Of a DNA stretch of 64,000 nucleotides, positions 13,101-26,754 are shown piece after piece. Source of the DNA: Lytechinus pictus (taxonomy: Eukaryota); NCBI RefSeq assembly GCF_037042905.1, contig NC_087245.1, positions 14,882,001-14,946,000 of the forward strand, written 5' to 3'. The notes beneath the pieces were generated by a model. It did no database searches. It worked only from the letters and a program-made list of their open reading frames with translations, and had not been told where the DNA came from. Position 1 is the first letter of the stretch; the number at the start of each line of letters is the position of its first letter. The translations under genes and the position numbers were made by a program.

Positions 13101-14322
13101 TGTTGAAAGAAGAATTCCGTCCTTTGGAAAATATTGAACCAGATGAATTGGACCTGCAGCCGTATCTCGTAGTCGTATCACTTCTCACAAGATTCACTTG
13201 CGTCAAACTCCGCTTCTTTCTCCGTCTCACTCTCAGACTCAGTCAGACCAGAGTCTCAGAACTCACGATCACGAGCGAGCATGTACACACGAACAACGTA
13301 AACCGCGTCTAGTTTATCATTTTGTTGACATTTATACACACGAGGGAACTCTTCCTCTTTTGCTTTGAGGTCGCCGAAAGTATCTAACTGTTATGGTACA
13401 CCCAACGTGATTGGTTTATTATCTTTAAGAATGTGAGGAATTTCAGGACAATTGCCCAGATTTATCTATTTATTCCATTTCATTTCCAGGAACACAATTA
13501 CACTCATAACTGTAGTAAATTTCAGTAAACTGAAAATAATCATCGTACAATATTCAAATTACAATATCAGAACGAAAGCCTAAAAAAAAACACAATAGGC
13601 CTATATGAGGATCAGTAATATAACACCATATCTATTATTATGCATTGGGATTATCAAAAGAAATCAAACTTCTGCATCTTCTCATTATTTATAGGATAGC
13701 TATATAATGATAAAAAGAACTTTAACATTAAAATACAGTTCAACATAATATTAACAGCTAACAAATATAGGCCTATAATTTGAAAACATAATTCGCAAAT
13801 GCAGGGTACACTTTATAAAAAGGAGGAAAGAAAAAGAAAGGTAAGCATACGTTAGAAAGAAAGAAAGAAAGCCGGATAAACTGAAAAGGGAGAATTAAAT
13901 GGTGAAAGCAAAGTATACGGAGAGAGCTAGGGTGACAGTTTGAATGTAAAAAGAGAGAGATAAAATGTGAAAGAGGGGGAAAGGGGAAAAGACAGCTAGG
14001 ATTTCAGAGTTTTCCTAGCAATCCGTGATATTTCAATAAAATGTCCTCGGTAAACAAATGACACTACTCAAATATATATTGAATTACGTAATTACGAATC
14101 AAATCAGCAATGCCACAGAAACAGCCGTGGACATTCAACAACGCACCGTGGTATGTGTCTGAACATTACAACTACATATTTCAATCAAGGAATCAGCCAA
14201 TCAGCAGCTACGTTACATAGAATAACTTACCGTACGGAGGGTTCCTATCGTACAATTGTCTGCTTTGACCCGAACGATCAACGAGTTGCATTGAAAATAC
14301 TTATTTTCCGAATAGTTGCAAG
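13101..14322. promoter_or_regulatory. Putative bidirectional promoter and 5' UTRs between the MDE gene (-) and TMEM18 (+)
   Basis: Divergent ATGs 1.2 kb apart; CpG-rich ends; CCAAT boxes AGCCAATCAG (~14195, +) and TGATTGGTT (~13408, -). Confidence 0.5.
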
Positions 14323-14394
14323 ATGGAGAAAGATCAGTTCAAGGATGCTATTCGTGTTGGAGAGATCGATGGAATGTGGTCATTTTTGTCTCAC
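14323..14394 (+). CDS. TMEM18: TMEM18 coding exon 1
   Basis: CAAG-ATG, 24 codons, CAC|GTAAGT. Confidence 0.85.
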
Positions 14395-17300
14395 GTAAGT
14401 GTGTGTAATTGCGATTATTTACCCGTCTCTTCGACTTAGCTCTTGTCTCAACTTGGCCACGTCACAATTGATTTGAGCAGGCAGTTGCGAGTAAGCATCG
14501 CCAGAGGTTAGGCGGACAGGGCCTACACTACAGACCTGTGTTAACCACCACCTGCACCTAGCTCGAGCGTGCCCTCCTCTCCGCCTTTTTAATAAAATCC
14601 GGCCCAGGCGGCTTCTTGAGAGTAAAAATAATTTACTAACGTAGGCTTAATCTCAATGAAGCCAGGGAGTCCTTCCTAAGTTCCTAGTAGTAGTACTAGT
14701 AGTCTGAAGCCACACTGAAAAGTGTCAGCATAAAACAGGCTAATTTAGGGGGAAATATGGCACATTTTTTTCGGGGAAGTTCAGGCTACTAGAAAAATGT
14801 GATCTGAATTGATTATTAACTTGTGTTTGGCATGTATGGAAAGAGAAAATTCAGGGGCTTCTTTTGACAGTAAGGACAAGTTTATAGTCCAGTCAATCTA
14901 GCCAGAATAGGAGGGTAACCCACCACTAATTGCAACACGAGATATTCCACTGAAATGCTTTCCAGGAAGGTCCCCTAAACAACATACTAAAAGTCCCAAG
15001 AAATCCAAGCAGTGGAAATTTATGAAATTTGCATATTATGCAAATTAGCCATGAAAATTTAGAAAACGAAGAGAAATAATCCAAAGATTACAAATTAAAT
15101 GTCCAAAACAATTTAATTTGAATGGAAACTCAAGATAAATAACTGAATTCAATGTTTTTATTCAAAAGTGCAAAAATTTCTACCTCATTTGCATATTATG
15201 CAAATAAGCATCCTTATATGGAAAAAATGTCAAGATATTGTGATTTTTCTCATATAAATTGCTTGAAAACATTTCATTAATGTTGACATTAATATGTTAC
15301 TATATCACTAAGCATGAGAATTCATCCCAATGCCTGAAAATTAATTTGCATATTATGCAAATTAGCCATTTGAAAAAATAGAAAATGAGGAAATTAATCC
15401 AAAGATTACAAATTAAATGTCCACAGCAAGTAATTTTGAACAAAAGTTCATGATGACTAAATAAGTTCAATGTCTTTATTTTAAAAAAGCTAGCAAATCT
15501 GCCTCATTTGCATATTATGCAAATAAGTATCCTTATATGGAAAATATCAAGAAATTTTGATTTTTATGACATTGACTGGAGTGAAAACATTTCAGTTTTT
15601 CAAATTAATATGCTGCTATCACTAAGCATTCAAATCTATACCAATATGATTTATATTCAAGGAAAGATACTGGAAATAATGTTCTTTGCTTCCTAAGCCG
15701 CGTTGTTTGTCTGACAAGATGATTTGATTGGCAAGAACAAAGCACGGTATTTGAATTGGTGTGTAGTTTGTTAGAGTTGACAACCCTTTCTTATATGGAT
15801 GGGAACGACTTAAACTTTCTTGAAATTTCACGTTATAAACATGATAAAGGGAGGCCAGGAAAAGCAAACTTATGGCAGGTAAGATCTGATGAGTAGTCTC
15901 ATTAAGAAGTGTAGCAGAGATTCCATCTGTAGTAGCTTCATGCAGGTTGTTTTCTTTAACAATTTCTTCAGTAGTCTGGCTACACCTGCTTGACTAGTAT
16001 CTGGCCATATCTTGGTCAGGACTTGTAGATCAGCGTCATCATCATCATGATCAGTGGTGAATACTAAGACTAAAAATATTTGCCTTCCTTTAATAATGGT
16101 ATTCCAATGTAGTCATAGCTATTGATATTAAGGGCTCCCAACATGCTAATTGTTACAGCCTGGATCATTGTCAATCCGGTCAGCAAATTATGTATTATAG
16201 GCTTGTCTACAAACCCTCTTATGGTCCTCTTTAATGCATTGTAGCAATTCTGAGCTTTACCATACTGATGCTTTTGGAGCTCTAAAATGTGCAAGCCTTC
16301 CTAGCCTTTCTCTAAAACTCTTGACATCTTCCGACACAACTTATGTCCATTGTCTCATTGAGGCAACTTGTGTCGGAAGAAGACACGGTTAACGATGTGT
16401 TCTTGTTGAAGTCCTCTTGATTGGCATTCAGTCTCCTATGCTCGACTTGTCGGATTTCAGTACAGAGAGTTGTATGATTGTCCAAAGTACATCTGCATGA
16501 CACTATTAAAGTCAGCATTCCTCCAGAACATCCTTAGTCTACCATAATTACTAAAAGGTTTATTCCTCTGGATAACCTCTCAATATACCCATGAGTAACA
16601 CATTGTGGCAAACAAATCCTGGAAGTGGTACACCCTGTCTAATCAATGTTGGATGGTATTTGATGGTGATGTTAAGGGTGTTCCATTACATTGTGTCCTC
16701 TTGGTGGAAAGGCAATAATCTGGCTTAGTCCTCCATCTGTTTCGTTCATTGTCTCACTGAAGAATTTATGTTTACCATAAATATCAGGAAATTAATATTA
16801 TTATTTGCATACGACTTACTTAGAAACTATAGCTTTAATATTTGGAGATGGTTGCCATAGGAGATTTATCAAAGAGGAAAGAATAGAAAATGAATGCTCC
16901 ATCATGAAGCAGCAACTGGATTCAGCAAGAACGTCTAATCACGATTCCTGTATCTGAGAAAGATGCCTATAATGCACTTTAAGCCTTCATGAATTTATGA
17001 ATGGCTTTCATGACGCTCGTATAGGCAAATGCCCATTGTTGCTCTTATTAAGCATGCCCAGAGATCCTGTGATCCAAGCAAGTACTCATATTCACCACCA
17101 AGACAAGTGATGATGATGATGACTATGGGTTCTTGTAAAGTGCCAGTATCCGCCCCAGCTGGACGCTCATGGTGCTTGCTCAAAAATAGGAAATATCTCA
17201 CAAATTTCAATGTCTTCAAACAGTGCTTAGGATCATCATTCAGTTCAAGTACTGTCCTAGTAATGCTACAATTGAGTTATTCTTGGGATAACGTTGGAGT

Positions 17301-20300
17301 GGAGAACAGAAATGTCTTCAGGTAAGACTCAAAAGTTGATTGGGTCTCTGCTCTCCTGATAAATTGGGGAAGGCTATTCCACAGCTTTGGTCCAGAGATG
17401 TAGAAGGGTCTGTCACCCCAGGTTGTGTGGCTATTCCCTCAGCAATGCTGATCTGAGACTGCGTGTTGGTCTATGCTGAGATAAGAGCTCTGATATGTAG
17501 GGTGGAGATTTATCGTTAAGCGCTTTAAATACAAGGACCCCAAGTTTATAAGTGTGCTACAAGGACCAAATATTCAAAGCTAATGGGCTTTTGTTTGTTA
17601 GGGTGTGACATCTTGTACTGATCACTTGGCAATCCAGGAGCTTGCTAGCGTGGACTATACTCGCAAGAAACGCAAAGTCTCTACAAAGTCAAGAAGAGAG
17701 CAAGACACTGGATGGAAATGAAGCATTCAAGCAGTGGGATCTATGTAGAATGGACTCATCATTGTACAATATAAGTGGGGTAACTGCTTGTGACAAAAGT
17801 CAATATCAACCAAGCAAGAAGTGTAGGGAAGGTCACCATGGTTAATACACATAATCTACATGGAATTTTTATAAAGGAAATTATCACGTATGTGTTTCCT
17901 TAAATATATATAACATGTCGGGTGCTTATTTGCATAATATGCAAATTGCACTTCAGATATTAAGCTGATTGTTAATGTATTTGCCATTCTGAGTGATCAC
18001 ATCATATTGATCTAGACTGAAATGTTTTCATAACAGTTTTTGTGAGAAAATTCAAAATTTCTTGATTTTTTTCATATAAAGATGCTCATGTATATGCAAA
18101 TGAGGTAGATTTATTTACGATTTTATTATTTAGAAAATAAATAAATTTGTAAAACTTATCATGGGCTTCAGTTCAATTCGTATTGTTTTCTGCACTTGAT
18201 TTCCAATATTAGGATTTTTTTTCCTTATTTGTAATTTATTATGGCTAATTTGCATAAAATGCAAATTTTGTGATTTTCCTATATGCTTGTATATTTAAGG
18301 ACTTTTAATATGGTGTTTAGGAAACCTTCCTGTATTAAAAGTATTGCCATATTCCAATTTCAATAGATAATCTACTTGCAATTTTTGAGGGATGTATCAC
18401 CAGTGTGTTTTCTTGAATATTTATAACATGTTAGATACTTTTATTTGCATAATATGCAAATTACACTACATACACTAAGCTGAATACAAATGTATTCAAC
18501 GTCCTTAGTGATAGCAGCATGTAAATTTCAACATTAATGACATTTTCAATCAGTTAATGAGAGAAAAATCACAATACCTTGACATTTTTCCATATAAGGA
18601 TGCTTATTTGCATATTATGCAAATGAGGTAGATTTTTTGGCACTTTTGACAAAAAACATTGAATGCAGTTATTTATCTTGAATTCTCGCTCAAATTAAAT
18701 TGTTTTGGACACTCAATTTGTAATCTTTGGGCTATTTTCCTTATTTTTCTAACTTTTGTATGGCTAATTTGCATAATATGCAAATTTCATAAATTTCCAC
18801 TGCTTGGATTTCTTGGGACTTTTAGTATGTTGTTTAGGGGACCTTTCTTGAAAGCATTGCAGTGGAATATCTCGTGTTGCAATTAGTGGTGGGTCAAACC
18901 CTATATTGACTGGACTATTATATGATCATTTTAAATAAGGATTTAGAGATAAATTGCAAACCCTTATTTTTGTGTGTGTTGAGATTGCCATTTCTCCATG
19001 CGTTTTCTATGGGAAAATGAAATTTCTGTTTTGCACAATTTTTTTCACTTTGTCGCAATTTTTCATTGTGATCTGGTTTCCAAATCTTTATAAAAATCAT
19101 ACTATCAGATAGAGCATAAAAAATCCTATTGGACTCTTTATGGACAAGTTTTTGGCATTAATAAATAAATAATAAATTTATAACAGCTCTCGGAAGCTAA
19201 AAATTTGGATTTGTGTGTGTCCATTTCTTAACTACACAGTCTATGGTAGAGAAATGCTGAAAATTTACCTAATTTCATTCTTCTTTTTTGCAGCCAATAA
19301 TTTGATTTTTTTCAAACATGTTACATTTTTGTCAGTCTGAAGGTTATTTCTCTTCAAATTCACAAAGAAAATGTGATATTTTCTTGAAATAAGAAAAATA
19401 ATTTTTTTCTCCAGACACCCTACGTACTAGTAGTATAGTATTCACCTACACGAAGGACCCCAAAACCTGAAACTTTCACCCCCGAGATTTCTACTTTCCT
19501 TCTAAAAGATCTAGCTCTAAGTCTAAATCATGTACATGGGATAAAACTTCATTTCCGACATTTCTACACTCTCGTTATTTTTAAACAAGAATTCATCAAA
19601 AAAATGAGAAAAATATTGTGAAAAGACGGAAGAGACTTGCCCGATGTTTACGCCGCCATCTTGTTTCTTATTGTACTTCCCCAACGTTACGGACGCGAGC
19701 GAGATGGAAGGCAAGATCGATCCGATCCAAAGTCAAATTCGCTTGACGGAATTAAAAGTATATAGGTCAAGGGTTTCGCTTGTATCGCGATCTCAAAATT
19801 ACATGGCGATCGACTAATCGCACTCGGCTGAAAAAGTGTCATAAAAAAGTGTGACCTTAATTTGCGCATGATCGTTTTGCAAAGCTTTAGAAAAGAAATC
19901 AAGCAGACAAAGGTAAGATAATTATATCAGATGGAGGTTAAAATGCCATAAATTCGGTTGGTATCAAATTTTACTTAGGCCCTACTTATTTATTTGGATA
20001 ACTCTGCTTGCAAACTGGCGATTTTTTATGCTTCATCATCATCTGCTGTAAATCTTCAAAGGGCTCTGCAGCCTATCTCAAAGATGAAATTAGACATGGA
20101 CGCACGTTATGAGGAGGAGTGAGGGAGGGATATTTTCAAGGTGATTTTGCAGGAGCTTTTGGAAGCTGTCAAGCGAGACTGCATTAAGTACTATTTGAAG
20201 AGGGAGTGTATTCCATTCAGGTACAGATCGTTGGGCAAAGGCAAATTTGTCAATATTGCCTCTTGGATGATATGTCTGAAAACACTTATTGTGACTTTTC

Positions 20301-23300
20301 CTATAGTGACAGTGGTGCTTAAAGAAAAGAATTTGTCTTGGGGTATTGCCACAAGGTCTTTCACAATCCTATACACCATGCTGAGTCTGCTTACAGTGCG
20401 TTCTACGGTAATCAGCTAAAACATAGCGAGCCGCTTGCCTTTGGATTCTTTCCAAATTCTGTGTATCCATGATAGAGTGAGGATCCCAAACACTGCAGCA
20501 GTACTCTAAGTGAGGGCGTATAAGGGACTTGTACGCTGCCTCTCTGAATGACTGGGGAAGAAACCTTGTATTACGCCTGACAAAGCCTAGCTGTTGGGTA
20601 GTTTTCTTGCAGATCAGTGAGATATGAGTTGACCATTTGAAGTCGTTGGATAGGGTAATTCCGAGATATTTTCCACACTTACAGAATTGAAAGAGTGCTT
20701 GTCGAAAATTTCACATTTTCTTGGAGCGGACGCAAAAGGAAACAAAATTTGCCGATGTTTTGCCAATATTTTCACAAATTGAAACCTTACTGTAACAAAA
20801 ATTAACCATACTGAGTAATTTAGGGTCGCGTTTTCTGTTGGTGATACCAGTTTTTCAAGATATTAATCAGATATAGAGATATTCGACCGTGCACAAAATT
20901 AGGTAACGCTAATTAAGGTCACACCACCTTACTAGATGAGGATCTTCGAGTCGGGTTACATAGGAGCCATGTTTGACATTTGATGGTTGATTTAATTAAT
21001 GTAGTCTGTTTAGAGTGTTTCTAAACAAGTAAAGTTAACTCGCTTGTAGAAGGAACAACCGACGAAACAGACTGAACTTGAAGCATTCGGACTGGCAGGG
21101 TGCCTGGCCCGGCCCTGGTCCTGAAATTGATAAAGAGAAATGCATGAGTCATATTGAATGTTTTATTGTTCCAGATGAATATTTAATAAAGAGTCTCTGT
21201 TCTTTCTTTTATTCATGAGTTATCAGTTTTTTTTTACTTTCCTTTGTTTCACTGGCTGCATACTGTACTGCACTTTACTGAAGTATTTAGGTATGCAACT
21301 GTGCATGTACTACTATGCATCGAATGCTTAGACCATATTCTAAGAAATCATTTCATCATGAAATACTGACATTTTTCGTTGTTAACCAATTATGGTACCA
21401 AAAAAAAACCACTACATGTACATGTTGTGGTATCATTGTGTAAACTTACTAACATAAATCACATCGATTGTCATGACTCTCTCAAAGTTTAGACAAATAC
21501 CTTTCAAATCTGTGCTCTCTAATTAAAAAAAATAAACCCACAAAGGGATGACTAATTGATAAAGTAATGACTTCCAGTAATAGCTACCCTTACAGTTACA
21601 ACTAGAGGTTGGGAATTCCAGGCTTGCCTCTTTGCCCTGTAAGTTACCAAATGATGATGATGAATATGATGATAAATCTGAGGAGGAGGACGGTGATGCT
21701 GCTGCTGCTGCTGATGATGATGAAGTATCATATTTTTAACTCTCCTGAATCTTTTAATACAGATGTCAAGGTTTTGTGACCCCAGCCCAGAATAGAAGGG
21801 ATAGATCTTGAAAAAGAGTACAGAGTTAGCGTCTTTCGAAATATCTTTTGTATGTTTCATTCCATTTAGATTGACTGGTCTGAACCTTGGCTAATCTCAC
21901 TGATTGCTTTCCATCTATTCTGCCTCATCATCACCATCATCACTAGGAGATATAACAACTTCCAGATCATCCTGTTTCTCATTATGTGTAAGACTTTTAT
22001 TTACTTCTTTAAAGATAGTTCTTACTAAATGACATGACCATAATTTGCCTATTACAGAAGATTGTGAAGTCTTATCACTTTTCTATCTGTGTTGTGTTAC
22101 ATATTTGATTGATTTGTTATTTTTGAACCAAAAGAGATTTCATTAAAAAAAAAATTTTAGGGGAATTAAAAATGCATATTAAAAAATAAAGGTAGATGGT
22201 AATGTAAAAGAGAAATGAAAAAAAAACAAGGCAAAAATAAAAATATATAGTATTAAAATTCAGTACTATAATTGTATGATATGACAGGGCCGTTGTGGAA
22301 AGCAGTTTTGAAACTGACAATGCCACCCTGTATAAATAAAACTATAAATAAAGAAATAAAAGAACAATTTTGAATACATGTAGAGTAGCACCATTTAGGA
22401 TCATTTCCAAGACGGCCATTTTCTCTGGTCACTGGGTAAGTCGACCTACCAAACCAAGTAATTTTCCATACCAGTTCCATGTACTGTACCTGGAAATGTG
22501 AGTAAGTGTAATGTTGAAATGTATTTTACTTTTATTTCCTTTGACAGTATTAATGATCTACCTGTCAGAATATCTGAACCAGTATGCTGCCAAACACTAC
22601 AGGTATGTTGAAATTAATGTTAATTTTATTATATACTCACACTATCAAACTCTAGGATACCCTTTCTAATAGAATTTACTCGAACAAACTTTTTGAAATG
22701 CGTCATTATCAATGGAAATTTTATGTGGCACACAGATCAGGGACAGTTGCCCCCTGATATTTGCAAGCCATTCTGCTTTATCCATTCGGACTTTGCCTTA
22801 TTGCAGTGTGATATACTGTAAGAGTAGCACAAAGTATGTAATTAATACAAGCATTTTTCTTAACATTCATATATATTTCTTTTCTCAAAGTTTATTTTCC
22901 TCCTTTTGCTTCAAATGTCTTTGGATTGAATGAATTAGATTGAACGTGAATGATTGCATTGAATTTAGTTGGGTGCATTGAAAAACGCTGAAAAATACAT
23001 GTAAGCTTATGCAATATTAATCCACCAAAGATATCAGTGCATACCCAAATAAACAAACGCTGTATGGGAAAGGGGACGAAAAGAGATATTAGAGAGTTTA
23101 GGAAAGATAGAGAGAAAACAAAATTAAAGGGAATAGAAAGAGTGTTTGGGAATATGAAAATTTGTCTTGTTATTTTAACAATGCACAACATGTAATAATT
23201 CATTCCTGGGTCTTGTCACTCACATAATAAAATAACATTATATTACAGAGCTGCCAAGAAGTACAGATTTTCTGTATTTAGTACTAAAAAATTAGAAGAA

Positions 23301-24192
23301 TATTGATAGTTTCATGCAAAATACTGATCTCTAAAGTTTCAGTTTTATGTGTTCTATGGTATTTCTTTGAAAATGCTGATTTCTTCACCAATATACTGAT
23401 TTTCAGCTTTAAAAATACTGATTTCCTCACCAAAATACTGAATTTCAGCTTTGAAAATACTGAGATGTTCTTGTTCAGGTTGGCAGCTCTGATATTATCT
23501 CTGCAATTATTGGGAATACCATGGCAACATATAAATAAAAGTATTCATGGTAGCAAAGTAACAAAGTACATGCCACTTTTTAAGCAACCCAACCCAGGTC
23601 TTAGAATAATATGGTAATATTTTTTTAAAAGTCATTGATATTTAAAATAATTTTTTTTTCTTTTTACAGAATGTTCTCTCGACTACAGTATTTTGACTCT
23701 GGAGGCCTCTTCATTTCTGTTGTTTACAATGTTCCTTTACTTATCAATTGTCTTGTTATGATTGTAAGTACCTTTTTTTTTCTTTTCCTTTATACAAATA
23801 TTACTCTTATATTTTGAAGATTTGAATTTTTTTAAATTTCATTTAAATCTCAAATTTGCAAAACTCTCATTAATAAAAATAAAATGTGATTTAAATGTCT
23901 TGAAGTAAAAGTTTCAGATACATGTAAATGGATGTTTTATTTTATGCTTGAAGTGTATTGTCAGGAATTGGGAATGAATAAATGACCATCAACTAATATA
24001 TAATAGAAAAAAAATTATTATATATTTGTATATTTGTTATTTCAGTGTATATGGTTACACACAGCAGCACACATGGTGGTGTCTGTAAAAAGAGGAAAGC
24101 TAAAGGAAAAGGCCAAATCCCAGGAAATGCAGTCCTTAGAAACAGAAGATCAACTGGTTGAGAAGGATGAAGACAGTAAAAAGAAAGACTGA
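14323..24192 (+). CDS. TMEM18: Transmembrane protein 18, 161 aa; join(14323..14394,21870..21987,22548..22602,23670..23763,24046..24192)
   Basis: All junctions are GT-AG and phase-compatible; translation MEKDQFKDAIRVGEIDGMWSFLSH-IDWSEPWLISLIAFHLFCLIITIITRRYNNFQIILFLIM-LLMIYLSEYLNQYAAKHYR-MFSRLQYFDSGGLFISVVYNVPLLINCLVMI-CIWLH...KKKD*; has the TMEM18 signatures DW.EPWL and QYFDS.G.FIS and a basic C-terminus. Confidence 0.95.
14885..18917. mobile_element. Academ-like non-autonomous DNA transposon in TMEM18 intron 1
   Basis: TAGTCCAGTCAAT ... ATTGACTGGACTA termini, 3-bp TSD TTA, inverted arms of several hundred bp with repeated ATTTGCAT(A/T)3ATGCAAAT; TAG ends plus 3-bp TSD fit Academ. Confidence 0.8.
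17108..17555 (-). mobile_element. L2/CR1-group LINE 3' fragment nested in the Academ-like element
   Basis: Minus translation YKLGVLVFKALNDKSPPYISELLSQHRPTRSLRSA / TWGDRPFYISGPKLWNSLPQFIRRAETQSTFESYLKTFLF (typical ORF2 C-terminus, frameshifted), then 3' UTR and (CAT)n tail. Confidence 0.85.
20030..20690 (-). mobile_element. CR1/L2-group LINE reverse transcriptase C-terminal fragment
   Basis: Minus translation KYLGITLSNDFKWSTHISLICKKTTQQLGFVRRNTRFLPQSFREAAYKSLIRPHLEYCCSVWDPH, then disrupted frames; 5'-truncated. Confidence 0.88.
21652..21725. repeat. Mixed trinucleotide microsatellite (GAT/GAG/GCT)
   Basis: Seen directly; explains the poly-H/Q ORF on the minus strand. Confidence 0.8.
21870..21987 (+). 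CDS. TMEM18: TMEM18 coding exon 2
   Basis: TTTAG|ATTGACTGG; IDWSEPWL...; donor GTAAGA, phase 1. Confidence 0.95.
22548..22602 (+). CDS. TMEM18: TMEM18 coding exon 3
   Basis: GACAG| 55 nt |GTATGT; LMIYLSEYLNQYAAKHY. Confidence 0.95.
23246..23491. mobile_element. hAT-like MITE with 6-bp TSD
   Basis: CAGAGCTGCCAA / TTGGCAGCTCTG TIRs; ATATTA on both sides; internal AATACTGA repeats. Confidence 0.8.
23670..23763 (+). CDS. TMEM18: TMEM18 coding exon 4
   Basis: TTACAG| MFSRLQYFDSGGLFISVVYNVPLLINCLVMI |GTAAGT. Confidence 0.95.
24046..24192 (+). CDS. TMEM18: TMEM18 coding exon 5 (TGA at 24190-92)
   Basis: TTTCAG| CIWLHTAAHMVVSVKRGKLKEK...KKKD*. Confidence 0.92.
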   Translation, partial: CIWLHTAAHMVVSVKRGKLKEKAKSQEMQSLETEDQLVEKDEDSKKKD

Positions 24193-25382
24193 AGAGGTAA
24201 CAAATTTTTCTACAGAGATTCACAGATTTGATCTGCAACATAAGCTATAACTAGACAATTGTTTTTTTTAATCACATACAAATTCAATCTGACTACATTT
24301 TTCATTCATATTTGTATTTATTAATGATAATAATTGTACGTATTCGATATCATCTCATTAGTGTTACAATATTTTATAGTATATACATGTATACATAACA
24401 GATGCCATCCTTTTCTTGAAGAATGGCTGCAGCAATGGAAAAAAGTTGAGGAATGTTTCGCATGATTTTCCTACTGTTTTAGAAATGCAGAAGGGTTCAT
24501 AATAAGTGATTTGAAACTTGATCATTTGCCTGGTGATTACATCCTGGAGAAGTAGCAGATTTATAAAGATTAGGAACAAAAAAAATTTGCACAAACAATA
24601 ACGTCCATGAAATGGTATTCTTTCTAACTAATCTAAATCTGTCACTATCGGATCCCATAAGAAGTCTAACACACCATGTGGCACGATAAACATCAGATTT
24701 ACCTTGTATCACCAGTGTATACATATGTTTATTGTAAATTATATAAATCACTTTTACTATGACATAGAAATGCTAATATTGAATGATATTACATGTACAT
24801 GTATGTAGCATTACTTGATTAATAGCAGGGAGATAGAGATTTTATTGGGAAAGAGTTACATCTTTGTCTGAGGGTATGTCCAAAGTCACCCTGGTTGATT
24901 TAAACAGTAGTTAGATATAAAAGAAGAATGTTATTATCAACACATACTAGTATTCATCAATATCAAGTACTACTTATTAGAAGGCATTAACCATACCCTT
25001 TCCATGACCCAACAAACAGTTTTAAAGGTGCGTGGTTCAGAATCTCAGATTCTAACTTGCAGAACATCTCAACTCTAGTAAATTCTTAAATATATCCACA
25101 TTGTCACCTTTTGTCCATTTAGTTAATATCATGAAACTGAATAAAAAATTTTCACAATACGTTTTGTTTTCCCTTTGCGTAATACATTCCTTACCTGACT
25201 GTGTCCAGTATGTTGATTTTGCCTTAAATTTGATTTAATATCTAACATTGCGAACATTGTGCAGTGTGCACTAAAGATAACAGTGCCAGCAATTGTAATG
25301 GACCAGTAATCATTAATATTCTGTCATAAGTGAGCTCCATGATTTATTCAATGATTTTATGTAATTGTGTTGTTTTGTTTAA

Positions 25383-25775
25383 AGCTAAATGAAAGTAGAT
25401 GCAGTAAAACACTGATTTCGTGAGAAAGTCTGTAAAACAAGGTTAAGTATTACAATGTCATCGTGGATCTAGATCTGGTACAGTTACATAAACTGAACTT
25501 TGTGTAATCATAAAATCTAAGCTGAAAAACGATCACACTGAAGATTGCCAACACAGATAGGCACACTTGGGACAGTGTATATTATTATTGCTGGAATAAA
25601 GACCCGACGGAAGTGCCCGAATCCGCGCTTATTTTGCTTATTTCTCAGCAATTACACAATTTCTTCCAGAATCCTTTGGCACATATTTTTTTATTCATAC
25701 AGACACTTGGGTGGTCATTATATTGGACTGTGTAAAAAGTCATTTTGAGATCATTATCACAACTGGCATTTATCT
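25383..25775. mobile_element. Kolobok-like MITE
   Basis: TTAA|AGCTAAATG ... CATTTATCT|TTAA; TTAA TSD with AG..CT termini. Confidence 0.65.
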
Positions 25776-26067
25776 TTAATTACTGCATAAATCCTGAATG
25801 TAACTGGAAAAAATCTTTCTGTATCTTTGTTAGAAAATCATAGATATGTCCATGTAAGTCAGCTGATTACATAGTACTTTTAAATAAAATTTTAGTATTT
25901 TTAAAAATAGTAGTTTTAAATTTAAAAAAATAAATAAACGATGAATTTATGCAATTGAAATACACCACAAGTTCCCCCCCCCCCACATTTTCCTTTTTGT
26001 ACACCAGGTGGGTGTCTGTGAAATTGTTACAATGTACAAGAGATAATAAAGCCTTTGGTTAATTTAA

Positions 26068-26657
26068 CCCTAATAAGACTTGGGAAGATTCAGCCCCCCT
26101 GAAATTGCACAACATTTCATACGTGCATGCAGACCCAAAATTGCTCCAAAATGTGAATTTGTGTACAAATCCAATGCTAATAGTTTTTTTTTGCCAAAAT
26201 TCATAAATATATCATCAGTTCTCCTTTTACTGATTAAAATCAATTAATTTCATCTTGTTTATGGTCAAAATAAAGTCCCCTCCAATTTCCATTGAAAAAA
26301 ACACACAAAAAGAAGAAAAAACAAAGAAGTACATAAGAAATTTAGAAAACAAAAAAATACATAAGTAAATAAATGTAATGTTGAAATTTTTTGTTAAAGT
26401 TCATTTGATCAGACTCCTATAAAGAGTCTATGAACCAAAAAATTAGCATTTTAGGGGCATTATTTAGTTAATTAGAGCAAACTTATTATTTTATGTGTAA
26501 ATCTGCTATTAGCAATGAGATTTTTCACAAGAGTTTTGTAGATTATGCCATGGGTTACACGTGTGCCAATTTTTGTAGTTATCGTGTGATCTACGGCTGA
26601 GATAATTAGGGGGGTTAATCAGTCCCCCCCCCCCATCTTCTAAGGGTCTATTTAGGG
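26068..26657. mobile_element. piggyBac-like MITE
   Basis: TTAA|CCCTAATAAGAC ... GTCTATTTAGGG|TTAA. Confidence 0.75.
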
Positions 26658-26754
26658 TTAAAGCAGTAGAATGCAATAATTCATAATAGGCTTAACAATC
26701 TGAAGATATTCTTCAACTTGTGTTTAATAGGATTTGACAATTTTCTCTTTTCAG

